From the NCBI RefSeq assembly GCF_009914755.1, contig NC_060948.1: 64,000 nt of DNA; one strand, written 5' to 3'. The stretch is from the human T2T-CHM13v2.0 reference genome, Homo sapiens. Under the pieces are notes generated by a model, which worked only from the letters and a program-made list of their open reading frames with translations, was not told where the DNA came from and searched no databases. Below, piece after piece: positions 50,978 to 64,000 of the stretch; the first letter of the stretch is position 1, and each line of letters starts with the position of its first letter. Both the position numbers and the translations under genes were made by a program.

Positions 50978-51228
50978 TGGTGGGGGTGATGGCTCACACC
51001 TGTAAACCCACCACTTCGGAAGGCCAAAGAGGGAAGATTACTTGAGCCCAGGAATTCGAGACCAGCTTGGGCAACATAGTGAGACCTCAGCTCTACAAAA
51101 AATAAAAAATTAGCAAGGTGCGGTGGTGCTTGCCAGTCAGCTACTCAGGAGGCTGAGGTGGAAGAATTAATTAAGCCCGGGAAGTCAAGGCTACACTCTA
51201 ACCTGAGTGACAGAGTGAAACTCTGCCT

Positions 51229-51282
<54 letters not shown>

Positions 51283-51314
51283 CAAAACAAACAAACAAAA
51301 CATGAAAAACCCCC
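50978..51314 (+). mobile_element. AluJ with a 51-nt pure A run
   Basis: TSD aactatataaat(a/g)c at 50964-50977 and 51315-51328; internal deletion in the right monomer. Confidence 0.88.
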
Positions 51315-51414
51315 AACTATATAAATGCCAAAATCTTGGCAGAAAATTAATAAATAAACATGTGTGTCTTTTCTTTGTGATTAAAAGGATGAAGAATTAG
51401 TTTTCCATTGTTTA

Positions 51415-51600
51415 CTATAGAATCATTGAGTTGTACCATTGCAAGTTATTTTAGATATCATCTATCCAAAAATCTCATTTTAAAATTGAGAAAAACTAGG
51501 CTCAAAGAGATGAAGTGACTTCCTAAGTTCACACACTTGGGCATAGCTGAACTAGAAGCAAAGTCCCAGTTTCATCAAGTTAGTATACTTTCTGGCCATT
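51415..51600 (-). mobile_element. MIR
   Basis: ctcattttaaaattgagaaaactaggctcaaagagatgaagtgacttcctaagttcacac core. Confidence 0.75.
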
Positions 51601-53323
51601 ATAAGGTCTGCTTTGGAGCTAGCTTCATCGGTATGACAATTTTCCCTCAAATATTCAATGTTTGTTAATAGCACCTTTCCTGAATTATATATATGTGTGT
51701 TTTCTAAAACAACTATTTAAATCAGATGGCATACGAGTTTTACTAATGAAAATCCAGAAAATCATGTCCTTAATTCTTTTCTTTGGATTGAAGAGATTAT
51801 ATACACAAATACTTTCTCAAGATGAATGAGTGGGGAAGACTTCCTAAATGCCACCATTTTGTGGAAAGAAAGTGTTTATAGGGACAAAACCCGAGGATTT
51901 TAAAATTCATTTTCAATGTAGACCTAAATTTTGTTCAGTGACTTGGAGCATTGTGAGAAGTATAGACCTCAACTGAGCTTTATCACTCTCCAGTGAGTAA
52001 AATAATATAGTCCCCATTTTTTTTCAGAGCTTACAAAAAAATGCTTTATCTCCAAATTTATACAGCAAAATCATATTTGAGCTAAGACTGAATTTTAGGG
52101 GCATTCTTACTCTTCTGAATGTTTTCATCCACAATCCTGCTCCCAACAGATGGAGACTGAAACACAGGAGAGTTTCAGTTTTATAGGAAAAGAGCTAGTG
52201 CTCCTCTTGGATTTAAGTTTTAATTCAAATGATAACCATTATTACATGGGTCCTCACCCCTCCTATATAATTCCAGTACCAATAACTCTAGAAAGAGACT
52301 CTATTATTTATTCTCTGGAATTAGCCTAGCCAATTTGATGAATAAATGACTGAATGGTTTCTTAGTCTAACCACTTTCCTCTATTTTGTCTTATTGAGGC
52401 AGTAGAATATATTATATTCTGTTTAAGTTCCAGAAATATTTATTGGGTGCTTATTATAAGCCAGGAACTGTGCTAAACAGTAATGACATCAAATTACTAC
52501 CACTTAGGACTATATTTGTGCATAACAAATACTCAGAAAAAATGTATGTACTGATGATACAATGACTAATAAGACACACTTCCTACCTCCAAGGACCTCA
52601 CAGTCTTGTGCGGTGTACAAACTTACCTACATATAGGTTAATATTAACTGTAATAGCCACTTTTTATAGCATCAGGGTATGAACAGAAGGCCATGGAAAT
52701 CCAGAGGCAGTAGCAATTAACTTAGTCTGGAAAAATGCATACAAAGTAGCTTTCAGTCTAGTTATTCTGCTACTAACATCACATTATTTAGGATAAGATA
52801 TATTTTGTATAAAAATATGGAGATAGAAGTAAAATAAAAATACTTCCCTCTATTTTTCATTACCATAAGCCTACAAACCCCCTCAAATTTGAACTGAAAG
52901 TTGTATTTTTAATCTGAGAATCCCAAGAAACTCAGGACAAGGATGAATAAACTATTTCACTATCTTCTCTCACTTAATAGTACTAAAGATAAATTTAAGG
53001 GAAAATATTAATTTTATGAATGTTTTAGGATTCATCTATGCTTGTCTGGCCAAACAGTATTATATATTTCAAATATATGTATATGAATTATGCATCTACA
53101 GAAATTTAGCTCTGCTGTTGAAGAACAGAAAGCTTAAGATTACTGAAAGAGAGCTCAAAAAAAAATTGGAAAAGAATGAGAAAATATAGTAGTAGTTCCT
53201 GGGGTAGAATCAGTTCACAAACCTTGTTCCAGGTATGGAGAAAAGAAAATTTTCAAACATACAGGAAAGATGAAGAATTTTACCATGGACACCATATACC
53301 AAGATCACTCAAAAACTTAATTT

Positions 53324-53974
<651 letters not shown>

Positions 53975-54039
53975 TAAAAACTTGATTTTTAGGGGTTATT
54001 CTTTGTGTTCTAGAAGCCCTTTCTTATACAGATACTCAT

Positions 54040-54135
54040 TTATAGCACTGAGGACAGGAACTATACTCATTTTACAAACAAGGAAACTGAGATTCAGAGC
54101 TAGTTATGAATCAAGTGTCCAGCACAGTTATCTGC
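54040..54135 (-). mobile_element. MIR fragment
   Basis: ctcattttacaaacaaggaaactgagattcagag core. Confidence 0.7.
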
Positions 54136-54229
54136 CCTAAAAGTGTGTTTCCCAACATTGGTTGTGCATGTTGTTTTTCCAAAATTTTAAAAAATACTGA
54201 TACCTTGTTTCTACCCCAGAGGTTTTGAT

Positions 54230-55215
54230 AGAATTTGTTTTTATTTTTCAAGACTTTTTTGGCTATTCTGGGTTCCTTATATTTCCATATGAATTTTAGA
54301 ATCAGCTTAAGCATATCAATTTCTGCAAAAAATGATTTTTTTTTCTTTTTTTTGAGATTGAGTCTTAGTTGCTCAGGCTGGCGTGCAGTAGTGTGATCTC
54401 AGCTCACTGTAACCTGTGCCTCCTGGGTTCAAGCTATTCTCCTGCCTCAACCTCCTGGGTAGCTGGGATTACAGGCATGTGCGGCCATGCCTGGCTAATT
54501 TTTTGTATTTTAGTAGAGGTAGGGTTTCGCCGTGTTGGCCAAGCTGGTCTCAAACTCCTGACCTCAGGTGAGCTGCCTGCCTCAGTTTCCCAAAGTGCTG
54601 AGATTACAGGCATGAGTCACCGTGCCCGGCCCAGTTTGAATTTTTGTAGGGATTATGCTCAATCTGTACATAAGTTTGAATAATGTTGCCATCTTGACAA
54701 TATTAACTATTCTGATCTATGAACATGGTACGCCTTTTCATTTATTTAGAACCTCTTTATTTCAACACTATTTTGAATTTCCAGTGTACAAGTTTTGCCC
54801 TTCTTTTATTACATTCATTCCTAAGTAAATATTTATCCTTTTATATGCTATTGTAAGTAGAATTGTATTCTTAAATTTTATTTTTGGATTATTCATTGCT
54901 ACTGCATAGACATTCAGTTAGGATTTTCTATATATAAGATCCTGTCGTCTTCAAATAGAGATAGTCTTACTTCTTCCTTTGCAATATGGATGCTGTTCAT
55001 TTCTTTTTCTTGCTTGATTGTCCTAGCTAGAACCTCCAGTACAATGTTTAATTGCTGTGTAAAAGCATATATCCTCTTCTTGTTCCTGATCTTAGCAAGG
55101 AAGCATTATTCTTTCACCATTAAGTTTGAGTTAGCTGCAGTTATTTCATAGATGTCCTTTATCAGGTTGAGGAATTTTCTGTATATTCCTTGTTTGTTTA
55201 TTGATTTTATCACCA
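54230..55215 (-). mobile_element. Old L1M ORF2 fragment
   Basis: ORF2-like LKLILKFIWKYKEPRIAKKVLK and GIYRKFLNLIKDIYE translations; interrupted by an Alu. Confidence 0.82.
54336..54632 (-). mobile_element. AluS
   Basis: Full dimer. Confidence 0.9.
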
Positions 55216-55218
55216 AAG

Positions 55219-55443
55219 TTTTTTGTTGTTGTTTTATTTTTTGTTTTTGATTGTCTGTTTGTTTGTTTTTGTTCTTTTGTTTTGAGACAGGGTCTCTGTT
55301 GCCCAGGCTGGAGTACAGTGGCAAAATCATAGTTCACTGCAGCCTTGAACTCCTGGGCTCAAGGAATCCTCCTGCCTCAGCCTACCGAGTAACTGGGACT
55401 ATAGGTGTGTGCCACCATGCCCAGCTAGTTAACAAATTTTTTT
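55219..55443 (-). mobile_element. AluJ right monomer / FRAM-like
   Basis: Long (gttt)-type tail plus right monomer only. Confidence 0.82.
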
Positions 55444-57042
55444 TTGACATTAGATTATGAGTAAAACTGCCCCATTGCTCAAGATTCAGTGGAAAGGAAG
55501 CAAAACAAAACAAAGAAACCTTATGAGCAAAATGCTTAATTCAGCACATAACAGCATATAGTTTCTATTGGTTAAAGAAGAACATTTATATGGGGTCCTA
55601 GATAGGCTCCAAGGAAACCAAATTACTTGAAGAAGCCTGAGATTATTCTTAAAGAAATATAGATTTCCTTGTATGTTTACAATGAATGAGTCTTATTTTT
55701 ACATGCATGGAAGTATCACAGTCACTGGACACTGTATAATGAAAACTTACAAGTTCTCATTTTGAACAAGCTTCCTTTTTCCTTAGTTGACAAAATTATC
55801 CAGGTTTCTTTTAGCATGTTCACAATTTCAGATTTTATACAATTACAAACTGAACTTTCCTTATAAACTGATTGTTATAGCTAATTTTTCCTAATAAAAT
55901 TCAAATTAAGACAGCACCTGTGAATTCTATTTAGAGTTCTATTGATACTCAATGTAGCCAATCACTGCCAACATGAATCAACCTACGTATGTAAATTTAG
56001 TGACCAATATAAAATAGTCTCATCGTTCTTTACTACGCTTTGGAGAAACTTAGTCATTAATGTTAATCACTATAATGGTTCATATTTATTCCTGCTAGTT
56101 CTAAAGTTCTGCTTCCTAATTGCATTATTACAAAGATAAAAAATTCAAAGCAACATGTATAGAATAGAATGTGTGTGGGACTGTGTCCAGTTATTAGACA
56201 TTATAAATTACTATTTGCTTTTTAAGCAATTAAATATTTTAATAAAAACAAATTGTGTTTATACCTGCTGTAAAATTTCTTGCTTTATATTTTACTAGAC
56301 TAAAAAACAAAACAATATATTTTAATCCACTGTTAATCAGCAGGATTTAAGATAGTTCTGAGAAAGAGGGAAATTGATATTACTGACCCTCTTCCATATT
56401 GGTACCCCTAATGACTGTCAGAAAATGCAGGATGAGAACCATTTTTGCTGCGAGGCAAGCCCACTTTTCTTTTTAGAAGCTTTTAAGGAAGCTAAAATTG
56501 TGTACAAAAATATTTCTACTGCCTACAAATCACAGTTTATTTTTATGTTTGAACAGAATATTTTCTAATGTAATATATAGATTTTATTTGTGGGAAAATC
56601 TGGCACCAACTTTCAACGGCTTTTTTGCAGAAGCATCTAAAAATGAGCTGGAACTCTAGGGTCTAGTACATAAAACATTATATTTTCACATATGGGACTG
56701 CATTTTAAATTTAATCTGAAGGACTTGATAAGATACGCCAAATTGCTTAGAAACAATTTGTGTAGCTAGTGAACTGTGGCATCTGGAAGCCCATAGACAT
56801 TAAAAGCACTTTTTCCCACTTTTTCCCTCTGTTTTTGCCTCCTAATCACTGCAGACAGAATACATGCAATCTATACTGATATTGCAATGAAGACACAAGC
56901 ACAGATGCTTTTTATTGTGATGAAAGATGACTTTTATTCAGTGCCCAGTTTATTATTGTTATTATTGTTGTTATGATATTAGCAGGCAATATGATGCAGA
57001 CGTGCTGGCAAAATCTATGATACTAGTCCCACATCATTATAG

Positions 57043-57374
<332 letters not shown>

Positions 57375-57537
57375 TGTAGAAAATTTTTATAAAAGTAGTA
57401 AGTCAATCTGTGTGTGTAATAACATATGTGCTTTAGGTTTGAATTTTGTCAGGGAACTAAAACTGAAAACAAGGAAACATATTGACAAATTATTTATTAT
57501 TCTGTGCATATATAAGGAATAGCCATTAATTAAAGAT

Positions 57538-58015
57538 TGCTGAGACCAGCTCGGTCATGGAGACCCTAACCCAGTGGCCCTAGAGGAGTTAAAGACGCAC
57601 ACGCAGAAATATAGAGTGTGGAGTGGGAAATCAGGCGGCTGACAGCCAGGAACAGAGATTTACCCACATATTTATTGACAGCGAGCCAGTGATAAGCATT
57701 GTTTCTATAGATTATAGATTAATGGGAAACAAAGGGATGGGCCGAAACAAAGGAATGAGCTCTGGCTAGTTATCTGCTGCAGGAACATGTCCTTAAGGCA
57801 CAGATTGCTCATGCTATTGTTTGTGGTTTAGGAACACCTTTAAGCGGTTTTCCGCCCTGGGTGGGCCAGGTGTTTCTTGCCCTCATTCCAGTAAACCCAC
57901 AACCTTCAGCATGGGCATCATGGCCATCACGAATATGTCACAGTGCTGCAGAGATTTTGTTTATGGCCAGTTTTGGGGCCAGTTTATGGCCAGATTTGGG
58001 GGCTTGTTCCCAACA
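57538..58015 (-). mobile_element. ERVK solo LTR (MER9, HERV-K9/HML-3)
   Basis: Minus strand begins tgttgggaacaagcccccaaatctggccataaactggcccc; perfect 6-bp TSD aaagat at 57532-57537 and 58016-58021. Confidence 0.92.
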
Positions 58016-58689
58016 AAAGATCATCATGGCTAAAGATAAAGCCATCACAGCTTTATCACGCCTACGTAATTTTTGCTTTGCTTCTCATCAATGAGCCCAG
58101 GAAAAAATTATTTAATGTTGGTGCATACAAATATTCCAGCATTTCACAGAAGATTCAGAATTATCTTTTAATTTAGGGGTATTAAAAGTTAACAGAATGT
58201 CCAGCTGACATTTTGAAAAATAAAGTGAGAAGTTAAGCATTGTTCCTCTTAAGGTTTTAAATAAAATTCAAAAAGTAAAAAAAAAAAAAAAAAAAGGAAA
58301 GGAAAAGCAAGCAGATATAGTACAAAGAAAGTGAAAATAAAATAAAATAAGATAAACAAAAGGAAAATCAAATAAATACAATTCAGGTCTCTTCCTTCAA
58401 AGAGACCACTTATTTCATTCTAGATTAAATGGGCTTTCATATTTTTGAACTGATGACTAGATGAAGTAAGTTCTACTAAATGGTCTCACTAGTTCCAATT
58501 TTGGAGATTATCTCTTCAAGGATTTAGTTTACTTATTAAATGCTACTGAAAGATGGAAAAAGAACAAAGTAGCTACAACTGAAAATCTGGAATAGAATTA
58601 TATAGCAAGAAGGAATTATAATCTATAAATATAGGTTCTCCTAAAATGATCTCACATCTACAAACATGAAAGTATTTTAAATGATAAAA

Positions 58690-58860
58690 AGAAGTCTTTC
58701 TCCAGTTTGTAAGATGGGAATAATAATCATACTTATCTCACTGGGTTATTGTAAGTTTTAAGTAAGTGAATATTAAATAAGTTCATGTATCTAAAAATGA
58801 TTTAAACAGTGCCTGGAACATATTGGTGCCATGCAAAGTTTATATATTATCGTTATTATT
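58690..58860 (+). mobile_element. MIR 3' fragment
   Basis: gtttgtaagatgggaataataat...aacagtgcctggaacata. Confidence 0.7.
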
Positions 58861-58988
58861 AATGATAGTAATAGTATGATTCAATACACTGTATTTACGT
58901 GACTTTAAGACAATGGGTGCCAAACTAGTGGTTTGTTGTTGGAATTGACTGTCAGTAAAAAATAGAATGTGAAAATAGTGCTTCTTTT

Positions 58989-59296
58989 CTCTTATTTATT
59001 TTATATTTTATTTTATTGTATTTTACTTTAAGTTTCAGGATACATGTGCAGAATGTGCAGGTTTGTTACATAGGTGTCCATGAGCCATGATTGTCTGTTG
59101 AACCTATCAACCTGTCATACAGGTTTTAAGCCCACATATATTAGGTATTTGTCCTAATGCTCTCCCTCCCCTTGTCCACCACCCCCTGACAGGCCCTGGT
59201 GTGTGTTGTTCCTGTCTCTGTGTCCAAGTGTTCTCATTGCTCAACTCCCACTTGTGAGTGAGAACATGCGGTGTTTGGTTTTCTGTTCCTGTGTTA
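58989..59296 (-). mobile_element. 5'-truncated L1PA 3' UTR
   Basis: tactttaagtttcaggatacatgtgcag...; TSD gcttctttt at 58980-58988 and 59297-59305. Confidence 0.9.
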
Positions 59297-59588
59297 GCTT
59301 CTTTTTCACCTCTCCCAGAATACCTCTCATTCAGTATCCACCGTTGGCATTCTGTCTTCCCACTACAGCATTTAATGTGCTCATTCAATCAACCAGCAAC
59401 CCTGATACTAGTGTTGCACTGTCCTGTACGATCCAGCATTATTTGGACATTATCCTGGAACCTAGAATTTTCTTCCTTTTCTTTTGTTTTAAACTTTCCT
59501 AAATCAACATTTTCTTATGCAGTATATTATTTCTTTAGGCTTCGCACACTAATAAATTGATAGCTAGCTAATTCTACTAAAATAGATC

Positions 59589-59974
59589 TGATATGGTTTA
59601 GCTCTGTGTCCCACCCAAATCTCATGTTGAATTGCAATCCCCAATGTTGTAGGAGGGACCTGGTGGGAAGTGATTGGCTCATGGGGGCATATTTCTCTCT
59701 TGCTGTTCTTGTGATAGTGAGTTTGTTCTTACGAGATCTGGTTGTCTGAAAGTATGTAACACTTTCCCCTTCACACTCTCTCCCTCCTTCTGGCCATGTG
59801 AAGACTGTGCTTACTTCCTCTTCCCCTTCTGCCATGACCGTAAGTTTCCTGAGGCTTCCCTAGAAGCATAAGCCTGTATAGCCTGCAAAACTGTGAGCTG
59901 AATAAGCCTCTTTTCTTTATAAACTACCCAGTCTCAGGTAGTTCTTTATAGCTGTGTGAGAACAGACTAATACA
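59589..59974 (+). mobile_element. MST-type solo LTR (MSTA-like MaLR)
   Basis: tgatatggtttagctctgtgtccc...gactaataca; 5-bp TSD (a/c)gatc. Confidence 0.88.
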
Positions 59975-60227
59975 CGATCCATGCTACTGCATTTAATGTA
60001 TCACTATGGAAATGCATTTTCTTTTTAGATGCAGAGACTGAAGAAACCAAAATTAATGGCCATTTGTGGGAATTTTAGCCCTGTTCAAGAGGTCTGCTAT
60101 AGTTTTTCCTTTCTGTAGCTAGTAGGTTCTTATACTACCTTTTAGGAAGAAATGTTCTACTATTATGAAAGGACCTTAAGTCACTTGGAGACACTGAGGT
60201 CACTACAAATTTTGAGTTAGTTATTTC

Positions 60228-60381
60228 TTTTTTTTTTTTTTTTTTTTTGGAGGCAGAGTCTTGCTCTGTCGCCCAGGCTGGAGTGCAGTGGCAGCCTCCA
60301 CCTCCTGGGTTCAAGCGATTCTCCTGCCTCAGCCTCCTGAGTAGCTGGTACTAGAGGCATGTGCCACCATGCCCGGCTAAT
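60228..60381 (-). mobile_element. Alu right monomer (5'-truncated, internal deletion)
   Basis: Poly-T plus right monomer; TSD ttagtta(t/c)ttct. Confidence 0.85.
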
Positions 60382-61457
60382 GAATTAGTTACTTCTAAGG
60401 CTGTATCAATAAATTCCAGACTTAAAATATCTGTTTATTTTTACTGTTAATCAAGGTAGGACATCATTTCTTTGCACATGCCTTGGTATTTTCATTGGTT
60501 AAATTTTATTGTCAGTATGGAAAAATAAAAATCAGAGGAAATGTATTCAGTATTTCTGTGATTTGTTTTAAGAATTTAATTATAGATTTTAATCTTGATG
60601 TGGTTTTTTTCAAAAACATGTACCAGGTTTTATATCATCCCAGTAAATAATTTTGTCTGAAGGTCAAATGTTTTTAAGAGTGTTTCATGGAAATGAATAT
60701 ATTTTCTTAATTTTATAATTGACCAAATTTTTATAATGTAAAAGAGAAATTAATGAATGCTGTATTGAAAGGTAATCACTCTGCAGTTGATCCCGCTATA
60801 ATTTCTATTTATTTAAGAATTATGAATCATCAACTAAAATACTGAAAATATTTGTTTTAATAATAGACTATGAATATTTTGTATTTTAGTAAATTTTGTA
60901 TTGGAACTATCAAATAGAGTCACAACTTCACCCGTTTCAATTTTTATGGTTGCTCTTTATTGAGTGCATAACCATTCTATTTGCAGAAATTCCTTCAAGA
61001 TTTATCACTGAGTTTTTATTCATATGATTAAAAATATATTAAAATATAAGCTATTACTATTATATGCGTTATGAAGGATTACAAAGAATTTCAGATCAGG
61101 TATTTAAAATCACATTGGAATCATATATCTACTGTCTTCTCAATAGACGCAATATACAGCACACCGAGGTTGAATATTTATTCAAGTTGTTTTTTCTGTT
61201 GGAAATGAGGCTCAATTATTCCAACTTGTTAAAGCAAGGGCTAAAACATAGCTTCTGAAGCATCATAAAATTAAATAACTATATTTTCATGATTTAAATG
61301 ACAACTCCATTTATTTCAGCTTTCACTTATAAATGAGTACTTACGCACTGATTAATATGAACAAATGTACTTAAAATGGAAAAGTTAAATGTGATTTTAA
61401 TACATTTTAGTAAATTAAGGGCTGAGTACTATTGGGTTAGAACAAGAGGGAAAACAA

Positions 61458-61496
61458 ATTTACATGTGAACATTGTGAGGATGTTCACATGTAAAT
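61458..61496. repeat. Perfect inverted repeat, 16-bp arms and 7-nt loop
   Basis: atttacatgtgaacat-tgtgagg-atgttcacatgtaaat. Confidence 0.95.
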
Positions 61497-62736
61497 AAAT
61501 AGCAAACCACTGTTATGACTAGGTCAGATACTTCAACTCATTTAAAAAATCCAACTATGTTTTTACTGTGTAGACTCAGTAATAGTAGGAACAATATTGC
61601 CTAAAAGCATAATTTATTACACAGACAACTATTTGCTTTTTTTCTTTTAAGTAACTAATGCAGATCATAATTTTCATATGAATAATTTCATAGAAATATC
61701 TGTCAGCTTACTTAACAAATATTTCCCAGGAAAGCTTATCATTTGCTCATATTTTCCTAAATCATATTTACTATATTTTTAAAGAAAGTAAGTCATAGAA
61801 AGGAATCTGAAACATATTAGTTTAAAACACTTCTTTTATATAAGGTTAATAGTGGGAATGATAGAGGTAACATTTAAAATTGTTAATTATAGCTGCAATT
61901 TCGATCAAATACTTTTTTATCAGCTACAGTTTTATGATAATGCAACTGTTCTTATTTATTTGACTTCTAATAAAACAATTATGAATCAAATTAGTGAGTA
62001 CTAATTATACCTTCATTTCTTATTCACCTTCCATTTGTATGTATGTATATTAGGGATGATCAGACATAAAATTTGCTAATTTTTACAACCTTTTACATCA
62101 GATGGTTATTTTTCCATCATGATTAGAGAGAAGTTAGAATCAGTGTATCACTTTCACGGATTCACTCGGCAGTTAAAACACATCGTTAAAGCCATTCAAT
62201 GAAATAACCAGAAAGGAGCAATTGACTTTTAACATTTGGCTCCACAGAATGTGTTTTAACCAGGTTCCACTTCCTAAATAACACATCATGCCATCATTTC
62301 AGAATCATAAACAACAGTCATAGCAAAGATATGTCTAGTGATATTATAGAAAGCATATCAGCATGTTGACTTGTGGAAAAATCAAATTCACTGTTCGTAG
62401 AAGTGGAAAATCAAGTGTTTGAAGAAATTATCCTCTTATGTTGTCATGTTTGTCTAAAATATGTTTAATATTTTGCAATGAATAAACAGTGGCATAACTA
62501 AGTGGGCAAATATTTTCAAACTAGATAAATAAACCTGATTGAAGTTATTGGGCCCTTTTCATCAATCACGTTATTTCAGGAGGCAAAGTTATTGTATAGT
62601 ATTTGTACTTGTATATTAGTAACAATGCACCACCATGTATTTCTTTTAAGTAACAAGATTTATAATTACAAGATTTATAAAATAGTTTACATTGAGGATG
62701 TAGTTAGTGGATGAAAGATGAACTGAGAAACATTTA

Positions 62737-63061
62737 TTTTCTTTTGTCTTTTTTTTTTTTTTTTTTTTTTTGAGACAGTGTCTCTCTCTGTAACTCACGT
62801 TGGAGTGCAGTGGCACATACATGACTCACTGCAGCACTGACCTTCTGGGCTCAAGGGATTCTCCTGCCTCAGACTCCCGAGTAGCTGGGACCACAGGTGT
62901 CTGCAACCATGCCCAGCTATTTTTTGTTGTTGTTGGTTTTTTGTAGAGATGCAGTCTTACTATGTTTCCCAGGCTGTTCTGGAACTCCTGGGCTCAAATG
63001 ATCCTCCCACTTGGGCCTCCCAAAGTGTTGAGATTACAGGTGTGAGCCACTTCGCCCAGCC
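62737..63061 (-). mobile_element. AluJ
   Basis: Diverged dimer with J diagnostics. Confidence 0.9.
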
Positions 63062-63706
63062 CAGAAATTTTTCATTTGTTAAAGCATACTGATACATTAT
63101 TTTCTTTCCAAAGATTTTTTTCTTATAAAATACTATAAAGTCTATGTGTGTTTGAGGAGAAGAGGCATATATCCTGTATCCTGTATATACATTTGGTAAC
63201 TGTAAATAATTAAACACAGTTTCAGAAAAATATTCCCATTTGTTAAAAGCATAGAAGTTTTACCCTCCTACCATACAGAAGGGCCTCACAGATGGATAAA
63301 CCATGTTTGTAACTTTTTAGGTTCAGTAAATTACAACACACATCTTCTGTAACCCAATTCCAACTTTTTAACGTCTGTGCATGGAATTAATATAGGTTAA
63401 AAATGGGTATGAGGTCTTAAGCGAGCAAAATGAACTATCTAATTACTCTGTTGCTTAATAATATATTAAAGATTATTAGTTTTTAGTTCTGTTGTGTGTT
63501 TCCTACTTTTGAACAAGTTCCATAAGCTATAACTAAAACTATATGCTTACTTTTCATCTTTGGAAATGAAACAGAGTGTTTATATACTTGAATGCCCAGA
63601 GATGGAAAAGTCATATGTTGGACAAGAGCATCAGACACATGACTTATAGCCACTGAAATACTTTCAAATCATGACTTAGTCTACCATAGGGCATTATGAA
63701 AATGTA

Positions 63707-63790
63707 AAGACTCTGTCTCAAAAACAAAAAAAAAGAGAAAGAAAAAAGAAAAAAAAAGCATGAACACAAAAGCAAAAAATAATTAAAATA
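63707..63790 (+). mobile_element. Alu extreme 3' fragment plus A-rich tail
   Basis: aagactctgtctcaaaaa followed by a long A-rich tail. Confidence 0.6.
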
Positions 63791-64000
63791 ATTCATTGTC
63801 TTTATCCATTTTGGAGACTATTTGGAAAATCAGCTCTGAATAGAAAGAATGCAAAATGTGAAATGCATCACTTTGGTTGTTAGCAGGTGGTCACATGCAA
63901 TCCAATAAAATGTGGACCATATTATACTGGGTACTATATGTAATAGTTACAACCTAATATGCATAAAGTATATAGTTAATCTTGTCTTTCTGGATTATGG

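Overview
This is human (hominoid) non-coding genomic DNA. An AluYb8-type element with its diagnostic 7-bp duplication points to human. The backbone is very AT-rich and carries about 44 Alu/FAM copies or fragments, 7 L1 pieces (all on the minus strand), about 10 LTR/MaLR elements, and L2, MIR and hAT fossils. I found no credible protein-coding exon, RNA gene or CRISPR array. The ORF track is explained by Alu, L1, LTR and low-complexity sequence, and the only real protein remnant is a decayed L1 ORF1p. The window is probably a large intron or gene desert with a few motif-dense enhancer-like blocks; I cannot name the locus. I see no evidence of a novel biological system. The best second-look items are: a candidate L1PB 3' transduction with ORF2 deletion, two locally templated insertions, a 562-bp polypyrimidine tract grown from an Alu tail, two young Alus, an inverted-Alu fusion junction, a perfect hairpin, and an LTR-driven first-exon candidate. 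Repeat subfamily names are from recalled consensus sequences and need RepeatMasker/Dfam confirmation. Old-repeat boundaries are approximate.
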